Shown here piece by piece: positions 48,758 to 57,352 of a stretch of 57,352 nucleotides of DNA. Source of the DNA: Actinomycetota bacterium (GTDB lineage Bacteria > Actinomycetota > CADDZG01 > JAHWKV01 > JAOPZY01); assembly GCA_025963875.1 (NCBI GenBank), contig JAOPZY010000259.1, positions 1 to 57,352 of the forward strand. Direction: 5' to 3'. Numbering within the stretch: the first letter of the stretch is position 1; each line of letters starts with the position of its first letter. The notes beneath the pieces were generated by a model. That model did no database searches. It was not told where the DNA came from and saw only the letters and a list, made by a program, of their open reading frames with translations. A program made the translations under genes and the position numbers.

Positions 48758-48780
48758 CGCGCCCCGTCCCAGGCGCAACG

Positions 48781-49062
48781 TCAGGGAGGCCGTCGCCGGG
48801 TGCGCCGGCGTGGCTGCTCCTCGGCGACGAAGACCTCCCGCACATAGCCCTCCTCCAGCAGTTCGTCGGCACCGGCGTCGGCCACCATGCCCGCGGTGAC
48901 GATGCGCCGTTCCTCGCTGCCTTTGATCACCAGCAGCACGTCGGGCGACTCCCGGCAGATGGCGCGGCAGCGGGCGCAGTCACAGACCCACATGCCCCAA
49001 CACAGACGCCCGGTTTCGTGCGCCAGCCCGTAGTCGGGCAGCTCCTCCTCGTTGCTCTCCAT
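48781..49062 (-). CDS. Small hypothetical protein with a CxCxxC cluster
   Basis: ATG preceded by GGAGGG; WVCDCARCRAIC; GC-rich third codon positions. Confidence 0.55.
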   Translation of the reverse strand: MESNEEELPDYGLAHETGRLCWGMWVCDCARCRAICRESPDVLLVIKGSEERRIVTAGMVADAGADELLEEGYVREVFVAEEQPRRRTRRRPP

Positions 49063-49362
49063 CGGCCGCCCTCCACTCACCTTGGGGACCATGATAGCGA
49101 TGGGTACCGACAAAAAAGAGCCTAAAATTGCGTATCGCAACATTATCGTGCGCTAAGAGGCGTCCTTTGGCTCCTCGCTATTTCCTGAGGGTGACGGCCA
49201 GGTTGAGCTTGCCGGCGATGAGGTAGGTCATGATTGGGACGCTGGCTCGAGTGCGCTGCGAGGAGGATATGAGGGCCACGTTTCTGGCGAACGTCGTCGA
49301 AGGGTGGGCGCCATTACCGACTGGGCACAGCTCGATCCCAAGCCCCTGCGAGCACTGGCGGA

Positions 49363-50079
49363 GTGGCTGGCTCCGGATTCCGCCGAGACCGCCGGGGACC
49401 TGTGGCAGGTGTTGCTGACGAGGCGCCCTTGCGGGACTCGGTCGCCATGGGAGCAGCGTCACTGCTGACGAAGCACCACGGCCAGGGGCAAGGGGGCGCT
49501 CTCGTCACGCCCCTGCTGTTGTGCACCTGCCGGCGGTCGGAGCTCTGCACGGGTGCCCTCATCAAGGACGTCGTCGATGAAGGCGTGCTCTCCAAAGAGG
49601 ACCGCGACCGCCTCGCGGCGGCTGTTCCTCTCGGGTGACACCATTCGGTTTCGCAAGTTGACGGGCCGGGGAACCACGCAGCTCCGAGTGCATGCCCCAT
49701 TGCATCGATGGCGGCTGGCCACCTCCTCGGCCGGGGGTCAGAGGGCTTCTCCTCCCTAATCGATCGGGCTCGTTCGTCGAAGGCTGCTAAGGCTGCTGCG
49801 ATGGTCAATGGCATGCTGGACTCGATCGCCGCTCTGGACCCTGGCGAGGCCGCGGCCCTGCTCGACCTCGGACGCGTATGGCCGCTTGGGTCCGTCCGGC
49901 GTCATGCGCTCGAGATCCTTGCGGCGCAAGGCGATGTCCATGAAGCGGCCCGGCTGGCGGCCAGCGATCCCGACGCCAAGGTGCGGCACTGGAGGCCGCG
50001 GGGCCGTACCTCGCCTGCCACCGATCCCGTGAAGGATGAGGGCCTCCAGGACAGCCTGTTCGACGGCGGGCTTGGGTGA
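49363..50079 (+). pseudogene. Fragmented hypothetical gene with a HEAT-like C-terminus
   Basis: Plausible protein sequence is spread over 49363-49638, 49553-49759 and 49708-50079 in different frames; ends SVRRHALEIL..ASDPDAKVR. Confidence 0.45.
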
Positions 50080-50122
50080 GCCGTAGGCCGTCGACGGACC
50101 GTTCGGGTGGACGGCTTCCGTC

Positions 50123-51037
50123 TCACCTGACGCCCACCTCCGTCATAACTGACTGGAACTCGGGGCTGAAACGAAACTCGACCCCGCTACCGCCGCAGAC
50201 CGCCACCTCCTGGAAGCGATCCTGTTTCACCCAGTACACGTTCGGTGACAATGGCCCCGGCGCCGATACGGTTCCCTTCCAGGCGAACGTGGCCAGGTTG
50301 ATGAGGGTTGGAAGCACCGAGTCATCACGGATGACGTGCACCCCAACTTCGTGCCGGTTCGGGATGGCGGCAAGGACTCCGTGCGGCATGCCGGCATCGG
50401 GGTGGAGCACATCGACAAGCCGGTCCAGGGTGAGGATCCGGCTGGAGGTGTAGGACGAATTGCCCCTCAGCACCAGGAACCGGCCACCCTCCGGTGATTC
50501 CATGAGCTCCCGGTGCTCCACGGGGAGGATGCGCAGGTTGCCGAGGCCCGCCTCCCGCAGCACGTCGACGCCCCCGAAGCGCTCCACGTCTTCTTTCCGG
50601 AACCAGAAAGACATCCGGCGCCGGTGCAGGGCTATCAGCTCAACGATGCCGGGGGCGACCTCCCGGGCGTAGGGATACCAGCTCGGATCGGGAAGGCTGT
50701 CGGCCGCAAAGAGCCGGAGGTACGTGTGACGGAGAACCTCCTTGCGGGACATCCCCTTGAAGAAGTCCTGCGTGGGGTCGATGCGCCCCAGCCGGGCATG
50801 GTCCTCGATGATCCGGGGCCACATCCGCTGGGGATGCTTGTGGCAGTCGGCAGCGAGATTCCAGAACCCGATCATGCAACCGTTGTCGCCCTCGGCGTGG
50901 TCCGGGAACATCGTGATCTCACGCCCCTGCCTCGCCCACGCGTCCTTGACGAGATCCCGGAAAAGTGTCGCCTCCGTCACCGACAGGAATGGGAGGGCCT
51001 CGTCGTACCCCTCGGGTTGATACTGCTGTTTCGCCAT
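50123..51037 (-). CDS. Hypothetical protein
   Basis: 304-aa ORF with AAAGGAAGG RBS and normal composition (PYAREVAPG, GPLSPNVYW). Confidence 0.75.
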   Translation of the reverse strand: MAKQQYQPEGYDEALPFLSVTEATLFRDLVKDAWARQGREITMFPDHAEGDNGCMIGFWNLAADCHKHPQRMWPRIIEDHARLGRIDPTQDFFKGMSRKEVLRHTYLRLFAADSLPDPSWYPYAREVAPGIVELIALHRRRMSFWFRKEDVERFGGVDVLREAGLGNLRILPVEHRELMESPEGGRFLVLRGNSSYTSSRILTLDRLVDVLHPDAGMPHGVLAAIPNRHEVGVHVIRDDSVLPTLINLATFAWKGTVSAPGPLSPNVYWVKQDRFQEVAVCGGSGVEFRFSPEFQSVMTEVGVR

Positions 51038-51067
51038 GGCCTTCCTTTCATGAGAACGATGTGTAAC

Positions 51068-51090
51068 ACTCTAAAACATATCTTTAGAGT
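51068..51090. promoter_or_regulatory. AT-rich perfect inverted repeat, probable operator
   Basis: ACTCTAAA-N7-TTTAGAGT, 30 bp upstream of the ATG at 51037. Confidence 0.55.
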
Positions 51091-51366
51091 CCACAAGAGG
51101 CTGGGACGACCAACTGGGGTTAGGGAGGTGTGACGCTGTGCGATCGGTTCGGGCTGGCTCAGGTCCGGGCGAGGCACCCTTGCGTAGACACCCGAGCGGT
51201 TCCGGACATGCCGCTGCCAATCGACGCCAGATGGTCAGTTCCGGGCCCTCGGCGGAGTGGGGGCGTGGTGGGCGGCGACTGCTTGCTCTATCCGCGACCG
51301 CGGTCAAGGGCGGTCCGTGGAGCCGGAGGGCGACCTGGGACAGACTCACGGCATCATGGGGGGGAG

Positions 51367-52164
51367 ATGACGTCCGAAGCTCATGCCTGGCTGCTCTTCC
51401 GCCCCGGGAGGCCCGACGCTCTCGTTCGGCTCTTCTGCCTCCCGTACGCAGGCGGCGGCTCCTCCGCCTATCGAGATTGGCAGGCTGGCTTCCCCCCGGA
51501 GATCGAGGTATGCCCTGTTCAGCTCCCTGGCCGGGAGAACCGGTTCTTGGAACCTCCGGCGACCAGCATGCCGATCCTTGTGCGGGATCTCGCCAATGGG
51601 CTCGGCCCCTTCCTCGACCGGCCCTTTGCTCTCTTCGGCCACAGCCTCGGCGCGCTGGTGGTGTTCGAGCTGTGCCACGAGCTTCGCTCGATGGGTCAAC
51701 CCGTCGCCCGTCACCTCTTCGTCTCGGCTCATCGGGCCCCTCACCTCCCGGACCGCCGGCCTCCCATCCACCACCTCCCCGACGACGCGTTCGTAGCGGA
51801 GCTGCAACGCCTGAACGGTACGCCGGAGGAAGTGCTGGGGAACAGCGAGCTCATGGAGCTCGTCCTTCCGACGCTGCGCGCCGACTTCACCATCAGCGAG
51901 ACCTATCGCTGGACGTGGCGCCCCCCGCTGGACTGCCCTATCACCGTGTTCGGGGGCAGGAACGATTCCGAGACGACTCCTGCCGAGCTGGAGGCCTGGA
52001 GGACCCACACGCTGGGAGCCCTACGGGTGGAGTTGCTCCCCGGCGACCACTTCTTCCTCCACGACTCGAGGAGCCAGCTTCAGGCAGCGATCCTCCGACA
52101 GTTGATGGCCCCACGGCTCGACGGGCATGAGCCGACAACCCTGCCTCGTCCTGACCATCGATAG
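51367..52164 (+). CDS. Type II thioesterase
   Basis: LFCLPYAGGG, QLPGRE, GHSLG, LRADF and GDHFF motifs. Confidence 0.93.
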   Translation: MTSEAHAWLLFRPGRPDALVRLFCLPYAGGGSSAYRDWQAGFPPEIEVCPVQLPGRENRFLEPPATSMPILVRDLANGLGPFLDRPFALFGHSLGALVVFELCHELRSMGQPVARHLFVSAHRAPHLPDRRPPIHHLPDDAFVAELQRLNGTPEEVLGNSELMELVLPTLRADFTISETYRWTWRPPLDCPITVFGGRNDSETTPAELEAWRTHTLGALRVELLPGDHFFLHDSRSQLQAAILRQLMAPRLDGHEPTTLPRPDHR

Positions 52165-52275
52165 CCTCGGCATCAACGTGATAAGCCTGTCCCCGGCCAG
52201 ATCGCCCGAGCTCGGTCCGACCCATCGGGCGACGACGTCGCTTGCGAGGCTGCCGTGTCGGATGCTGGTGGAGGG

Positions 52276-52803
52276 ATGCAGGCACCCGAGCCGCCACTGA
52301 GCGACGGCGTTGTGCACCTCCGTTTGTGGGGCCCGGCCGATGTACCCGCGATCGTCGCTGCTTGCCAGGACCCCGAGATCCCACGCTGGACGCGGGTGCC
52401 TGACGCTTTCACCGAGAAGGATGCCACCGAGTGGGTCGCCACGCACGAGCCCAAGATGCGGGCGGGGGAGGAGCTCTCCCTCGCGGTCGTTGCGCCGGCC
52501 GGCGAGGTCCTGGGAGCCATTGCGTTGCACATCCGTCACCAGGGTGTGGGCGAGATCGGGTATTGGGTGGCCCCCTGGGCGCGGCGGCGCCGGGTGGCCA
52601 CCCGGGCGCTCGTGCTGCTGTCGAGTTGGGCGCTGGCGACGCTGCCGCTGTCCCGCCTCCAGGTCACGGCCGACCCCGGCAACCTCGCGTCCCAGGGGGT
52701 GGCGGAGCGAGCCGGTTTTCGTCGAGAGGGCCTGGTGCCGGCCTACGCGGAAATCAAGGGCCGGCGTGTGGACCGCATCATGTACAGCCAGCTTGCAGGG
52801 TGA
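52276..52803 (+). CDS. RimJ/RimL-type GNAT acetyltransferase
   Basis: DPEIPRWT, EIGYWV, NLASQGVAERAGFRREG motifs. Confidence 0.9.
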   Translation: MQAPEPPLSDGVVHLRLWGPADVPAIVAACQDPEIPRWTRVPDAFTEKDATEWVATHEPKMRAGEELSLAVVAPAGEVLGAIALHIRHQGVGEIGYWVAPWARRRRVATRALVLLSSWALATLPLSRLQVTADPGNLASQGVAERAGFRREGLVPAYAEIKGRRVDRIMYSQLAG

Positions 52804-52934
52804 CGCCGGGATGCCCGGGGCTGGTGCACTGTGCCTGCTTCCTGCAGTTGCCCCTTTGGGCAGCCCTCGGGCGCAAAATCTGCCCGTTCTCCTCTCCCGC
52901 GGGAGCCTGCCTGCCTCTAACGTGGAGGGAGTGG

Positions 52935-53990
52935 ATGTCAGAAACGCCCTGCGCGACGTTGGCTGATCGCACCCAAGGGACCCACCGACCTCGGCGCCCG
53001 AACGGTCTGGGGATCATGAAGCCCAAGGCCGTCCCCGGCGCCGTCCGGCTCGACGTCCTGGACATCCCGACGGTGCGGTTCCTCCAGCGGACGGCAGGCA
53101 ACGCCAGCGTTGCCAGCCTGCTCGCGAGCGTGGGGGCGACCCGGTACCCCAACGTGCAACGGTTGCCCGAGGACGCATTCGGGCTGGCCGGCAAGTACTC
53201 GCGCAAGGTCTACGGGAGCTTTGACCAACTGAACGCCGACAAGTACACCTTCTCGGCCGGGGAGTGGCGGAGCATCGTGGACGCCTACAACCGCAGGTCG
53301 ACCGGGGGTGTCCGGCTCCGATACGTCTACGACGAACAGGCGAAGGCGAGGGAGTCGGGCGGGCCCCCGCCGGTCACCGGTCTTGCAGGCAGTGAGAGGG
53401 AATCGCTTGCCGGCATCCAGCGCGAGCTGCAGAAGCACCCAACCTACCTGGCGCTGGTGAAGGACTTGGAGGCCCGCGTCGGTGCGAGCAGCTCGGCGGA
53501 GTTCTACCGTGGAGCGCACATCATCCTCCGGGACGAGGGGGAGATGTACCAGCATCTCGTCAGGACCTATGGCGACTTGATGAAACCGCGCTATACAACG
53601 AAGAGTCAGACGTCCCACTACACCGCGGGAGCCGGGTACGACGTCTCTCTCGAGGAGAGCACCCCCCAGCAAGGCATCGACCTTCCGTCCCCGCTGACCG
53701 GTCACATCCTCTTCGGCCTCGTCCCGCCGATGACCGGGAAGAAGGAGGACCCGAACACCGGCCACACATTCATCCAGACGGAAGGGTCCGGCTTCCAGAC
53801 TCTGTACACGAAGTACGTCGGCCACACCAGCGGCTTCTTCGTGAACTTCCTGTGGGGCCTGCAGACTGGCATGATCGGCACCAGTGTCGCCAGCGAGAAG
53901 ACGGGGAAGGCGCTGGTGGAAGAGTCCACCCCCTCAACAACGCCGAAGACCGGCGGCAAGAGTTTCCTGGACTACCTCGGGTTCTGGTAG
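52935..53990 (+). CDS. Hypothetical protein with an LQRxxGN N-terminal motif (putative eCIS-type effector)
   Basis: ATG preceded by GGAGGGAG; LQRTAGNASVASLL followed by VQR and an unrecognised ~270-aa domain. Confidence 0.6.
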   Translation: MSETPCATLADRTQGTHRPRRPNGLGIMKPKAVPGAVRLDVLDIPTVRFLQRTAGNASVASLLASVGATRYPNVQRLPEDAFGLAGKYSRKVYGSFDQLNADKYTFSAGEWRSIVDAYNRRSTGGVRLRYVYDEQAKARESGGPPPVTGLAGSERESLAGIQRELQKHPTYLALVKDLEARVGASSSAEFYRGAHIILRDEGEMYQHLVRTYGDLMKPRYTTKSQTSHYTAGAGYDVSLEESTPQQGIDLPSPLTGHILFGLVPPMTGKKEDPNTGHTFIQTEGSGFQTLYTKYVGHTSGFFVNFLWGLQTGMIGTSVASEKTGKALVEESTPSTTPKTGGKSFLDYLGFW

Positions 53991-54240
53991 GCCACCCGCA
54001 AGGCGTCGGCGAACCGAGACCTGGGGCCGACCGGTGGCTCTGTCCGTGATGACACGAGGAAAGCACTCCCCATGAGTGGCCTGACGGTTGCTTCGTAACC
54101 CCGGGAGACCGATTCTGCGTCACCGTAAGGTCGGTCAAGGTGACCCAGAACGCAGGTCGCGACGATCGAGTGTGGCAGAGCAGCAAAACGCGCCGGGGTG
54201 ATCGCCGGCAGGGTCGCTCACTGACGATCGGCAGCAAGCC

Positions 54241-54693
54241 GTGACCAGAGGCATCTGGGTGAAAGGCCCACCGCATCCAAAGGGCCGGATCCCCGAAACG
54301 CACCGAGACTTGCTGCGCCAGCGCCTCGAACGCCACGTCGAGCAGCATTGGTCCAGGGATTGCGGGGGCATCCTGGTGCGGTTTCGCGGGCCGTATGCCC
54401 ACGTCGACGCGCTCCCCGCCGAGCGGGACGAGCCGGAGGGGCTCGAGGGTGACGAGCCGGGAGAGCTCGAGCCAACTCCCCTTCAACTCTGCCGCCTCGG
54501 ATACCTGGGAAGCAAAGACCGCTGGGCCTTCGCCTTCTACAAGTGCAGCGACGAGTCCTACGAGCCCTCGATCCTGCCGTCAGGACAGTTCTCGGGCGAG
54601 CCGGGGAGGCATTCGACTGCGCCGCGGCTGTCTATCTCGCCGGAGGATTCTGACGCCCTCGTTTGTCTCGGCGCACCCGGAGTATCTCCTTGA
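54241..54693 (+). pseudogene. Small hypothetical protein with an apparent frameshift near 54605
   Basis: VRFRGPYAHVD, LCRLGYLG..WAFAFY..YEPS; the natural-looking ending EAFDCAAAVYL is in another frame. Confidence 0.55.
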
Positions 54694-54786
54694 CGGGCAC
54701 TCGCCCGCACGACGGTCGATCTCGCCGAGAAGTCTGCCCGCCGGGCCGGCGAGCCGTCCGAGCCGGCCGGCCGGGCAGGCCCGGGA

Positions 54787-55047
54787 ATATCCCCGGAGGC
54801 CTTCAACGCCTGGGTACGGACGTGGCCGGATGAGGCGGTGCCCGAGCTGGAGGGCATGACGCCCCGCTAGGCCGCCCAGGATGCTCGTGGCCGTATCCCG
54901 GTCGAGGCCCACCTCCGCGAACTCGAACACCAGGCTGTTGCCAACCGGGCCCGGGGCCTCAGGGATGTCGATGTCGCGGAACTGCGGTCGGTCCTGGGGA
55001 TGAGCGCGGACACACGGCCAGAACTGGGCGCGAACCGCCCGACCTGA
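54787..55047 (+). pseudogene. C-terminal remnant of a SEC-C-associated (MbcA/ParS-like) domain with an in-frame TAG at 54868
   Basis: Translates WPDEAVPELEGMTPR*AAQDARGRIPVEAHLRELE..DVAELRSVLGM. Confidence 0.6.
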
Positions 55048-55112
55048 GGAGCCCCGACCTCCACTGCCGACGTTGCGTCCCGCTCTGTGCGGGCGGCCGG
55101 TGATTCGGTTCC

Positions 55113-55748
55113 TTACCCCGAGTCCTCGGTCGCTGCAGGGTTGGTCAGCTGCCGTCGCAACCGGCGGGCACGATCCATTCCCAGCTCACGCAGCCGCGGA
55201 TCGATGCTGGGGATGGGGGCGAGGGCGGGGATCCTGGCCGCCAGGCGATCTTCGTACGCTCTCCGCTCGTCGGTCATGGCTGGGATCACGGCGCCGCGGT
55301 TCTCCCTCGAGCCACGGCGGACTCCGGGGGCCTTGCGGCGCTTGCCCGCGGTTCCCCCGGCGATTCCCGAGGGCGAGTCTTCGTGTACGGAAGGACCGTA
55401 CCGGTCTTCCAGCGGCTCCAGGCAGTAGATGTCGGGCTGCCCGTCAAAGAGCTTCGACTCGATGCTGAGGAGGCCCGCCTCGACGAGTTCCTGGAGATAC
55501 CGGTATGCCTGGCCGGGGCTTCTGCCGAGGATCCTGGCGATGTCGTCGGTGGTCAGGGCTGCGTCGGGGCCGGACCAGGCGTGCTGCTTGACGATCAGGT
55601 AGGTGAATCGGACGGCAATGTCGAGGTCGGTGTCCTCGATGACGGCATCCATCCGGGCGTACCCACGGGCGTCCAGGGGGCTCCGGAACTGAAACCGGGC
55701 TCCGGCGTCGTTGCGGGTGAGGCCGTCGTGGATCGCCTGTGCGCACAT
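55113..55748 (-). CDS. Winged-HTH protein resembling phage/plasmid replication-initiator N-termini
   Basis: VIEDTDL..FTYLIVKQHAW..TTDDIARILGRS..AYRYLQELVEAGLL..PDIY. Confidence 0.65.
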   Translation of the reverse strand: MCAQAIHDGLTRNDAGARFQFRSPLDARGYARMDAVIEDTDLDIAVRFTYLIVKQHAWSGPDAALTTDDIARILGRSPGQAYRYLQELVEAGLLSIESKLFDGQPDIYCLEPLEDRYGPSVHEDSPSGIAGGTAGKRRKAPGVRRGSRENRGAVIPAMTDERRAYEDRLAARIPALAPIPSIDPRLRELGMDRARRLRRQLTNPAATEDSG

Positions 55749-56003
55749 GCTTGCCCAACCTCCTTCGATCACCCAAACCCGACGTTCAGCGAGTTACACG
55801 ACTGTGATTCGAAGCCTTGGCCAGACAATACCCCTCTCTAGTCGCCTGGTCACGTTGGGCTGCCGGAGCAACGCCGGAATCGACCTGTGGCCGCGAAGGA
55901 TTCTCCCCACTCCGGCAATACATGGCCATTTCTGTCAGCCTCACCCGTTATGATCACTGATCTACATACTTGTAACGTGATGAGCGATCAGGAGGTGATC
56001 GGA

Positions 56004-57352
56004 ATGAGCAGGAAGCAGCAGAGACGGAGGAGACGGCCAGGTGCGCGGCTGCACAGGGGGAAAGCCGGGACCCAGCGGATGGGCGACGACTTCGCGCTGT
56101 GGGGCGTCCACCTCCTGATGCATGTGTTGGCCTCGGAGGCATACTCCATGGACGAGGCAGCCGAGTTGGTGGTCGAATTCCCGACCACCTTCCCGCCCCT
56201 CATGGTGCCCGTGGTCGTCGGGCAGTCCTGTCTCCGGCGCGTCGTGGACATCGCGGCGGCGGCGCTGAGGCGGGCTCCGGCGAGCCGCAACGCACTCGCG
56301 TTCGCCGCACAGGTGGCCACCGCGGAAGGGGACCACACCAGGGCGAGTCTGTTGATGGAGGAGGCCTGGTCGGCGGGGGAGCCCGACTCGGGTCTTCGGC
56401 AGACCCGGGCGGCCGTCCTGGTCGCCGCAGGAGGCGTGGCCGGCGCCATACCGGAAGTCGATGCCCTGTGCGTTGACTATCCCGACTACTTCGTTCCGCA
56501 GGCGCTGCGAGCGGAGACCCTGACGCTGCTGCAGCGGCGGGTCGCCGGCCCGGCCGACGGGGCCTGCACCTGCGGCTCGGGCCTGCCCTTCGCGGGCTGC
56601 TGCCGAGGGACCGAGCTGGACGCGCTCCGCCGGTTCGAGGATCGGACCGATCTCGAGGACCTCATCAGGAAGCTCCACGCGCACCTTGCAGGCCTCGATG
56701 GCTTTCTATCGGTTGCCGGGGAGGAGTGGCTGCGGGCCCACCGCCAGTGGTGGGGAGGCGACTACTCGCTCTCGGAGTCGGATCTTGTTCTCAGTGCCCT
56801 CTGGGGTGCTGAGGTGATCGTCCCCGCTCCTGGTACCGCGGCCCGGTGGGCGGTTTCGGCTGGCCAACGCACCCTCCTCGAGGACTTCGCCGGTCTGCCC
56901 GAGGTCCGTGAGCGCCACGGCAAGCTGATGGACGCATGGGTGCGGTCTGCCCGGTTCGGCACGTGGCAGGTCGATCCCGACCAGCGAGGACCCGGCCTCA
57001 TACTCAGCGACCTGCTCACGGGTCTGAAGATCTACGCTGCCGTGGAGCCCCACGTGCGTGACGACATCGCAGATCCATGGAGTGTGCTCGTCGGAACGAT
57101 GGTGCCCGATGGTGGTATCTGGCGATCTCTTCCCGGTCTGGTGGTCCTCAGCCCGGCCGAAGCCGACATCCTGGTGGGCCGGGTGCACAAGCTTGCCAGC
57201 GTCCTGGTGGAGTGCGGACCCGGCGATGCGGCTCGGCCCAGCTTCGAGGTCATCCCGCCGAGCATGCTGCCCGGGATGGGTCCTCCACCACCTCCCGAGG
57301 TTGCCAGGGTGATGGTGGACACCGCCAACGGCATGCTTCCGGAGCTGCTGGC
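56004..57352 (+). CDS. SEC-C motif protein, truncated by the window end (absent from the ORF track)
   Basis: AGGAGGTG RBS, ATG at 56004, open to the end; CTCGSGLPFAGCC near 56565 and downstream FGTWQV..LSDLLTG. Confidence 0.8.
   Translation, partial: MSRKQQRRRRRPGARLHRGKAGTQRMGDDFALWGVHLLMHVLASEAYSMDEAAELVVEFPTTFPPLMVPVVVGQSCLRRVVDIAAAALRRAPASRNALAFAAQVATAEGDHTRASLLMEEAWSAGEPDSGLRQTRAAVLVAAGGVAGAIPEVDALCVDYPDYFVPQALRAETLTLLQRRVAGPADGACTCGSGLPFAGCCRGTELDALRRFEDRTDLEDLIRKLHAHLAGLDGFLSVAGEEWLRAHRQWWGGDYSLSESDLVLSALWGAEVIVPAPGTAARWAVSAGQRTLLEDFAGLPEVRERHGKLMDAWVRSARFGTWQVDPDQRGPGLILSDLLTGLKIYAAVEPHVRDDIADPWSVLVGTMVPDGGIWRSLPGLVVLSPAEADILVGRVHKLASVLVECGPGDAARPSFEVIPPSMLPGMGPPPPPEVARVMVDTANGMLPELL

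Noticed and set aside
54040..54150. Hammerhead-like TGATGA..GAAA and a nearby hairpin
   Set aside because: The core reads GTGATGA rather than CTGATGA and the three required stems cannot be formed.

Overview
GC-rich (roughly 70% by eye) bacterial chromosome segment, most likely from a deep-branching actinomycete. A conserved minus-strand housekeeping backbone (rsmI, metG, tatD, G5-domain gene, rsmA, ispE, tRNA-Gln, glmU, prs, rplY, pth, mfd, PPIase, mazG, eno, ftsB, with a divergent Firmicutes-type abrB) is interrupted by accessory blocks. (1) Between pth and mfd: a PknG-type kinase, PP2C, vWA and FHA operon rich in zinc ribbons, facing a GlnX/GlnH-like sensor pair. (2) Between tRNA-Gln and ispE: an HTH/LAGLIDADG-like gene plus a P450, methyltransferase and SnoaL cassette with a divergent, frameshifted SARP regulator. 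(3) At 41-44.8 kb: a tandem two-domain protoglobin, an unannotated ~200-nt structured RNA candidate with its own terminator, and two duplicated cassettes in which a c-di-GMP-I riboswitch sequesters the ribosome-binding site of a secreted CAP-domain gene. (4) From about 48.4 kb to the end: a decaying accessory region with several pseudogenes, an orphan eCIS-type effector candidate, an HTH replication-like gene and a SEC-C protein that runs off the window. A 22-bp REP-like palindrome occurs five times. All family calls come from motifs recognised by eye; no database searches were run.
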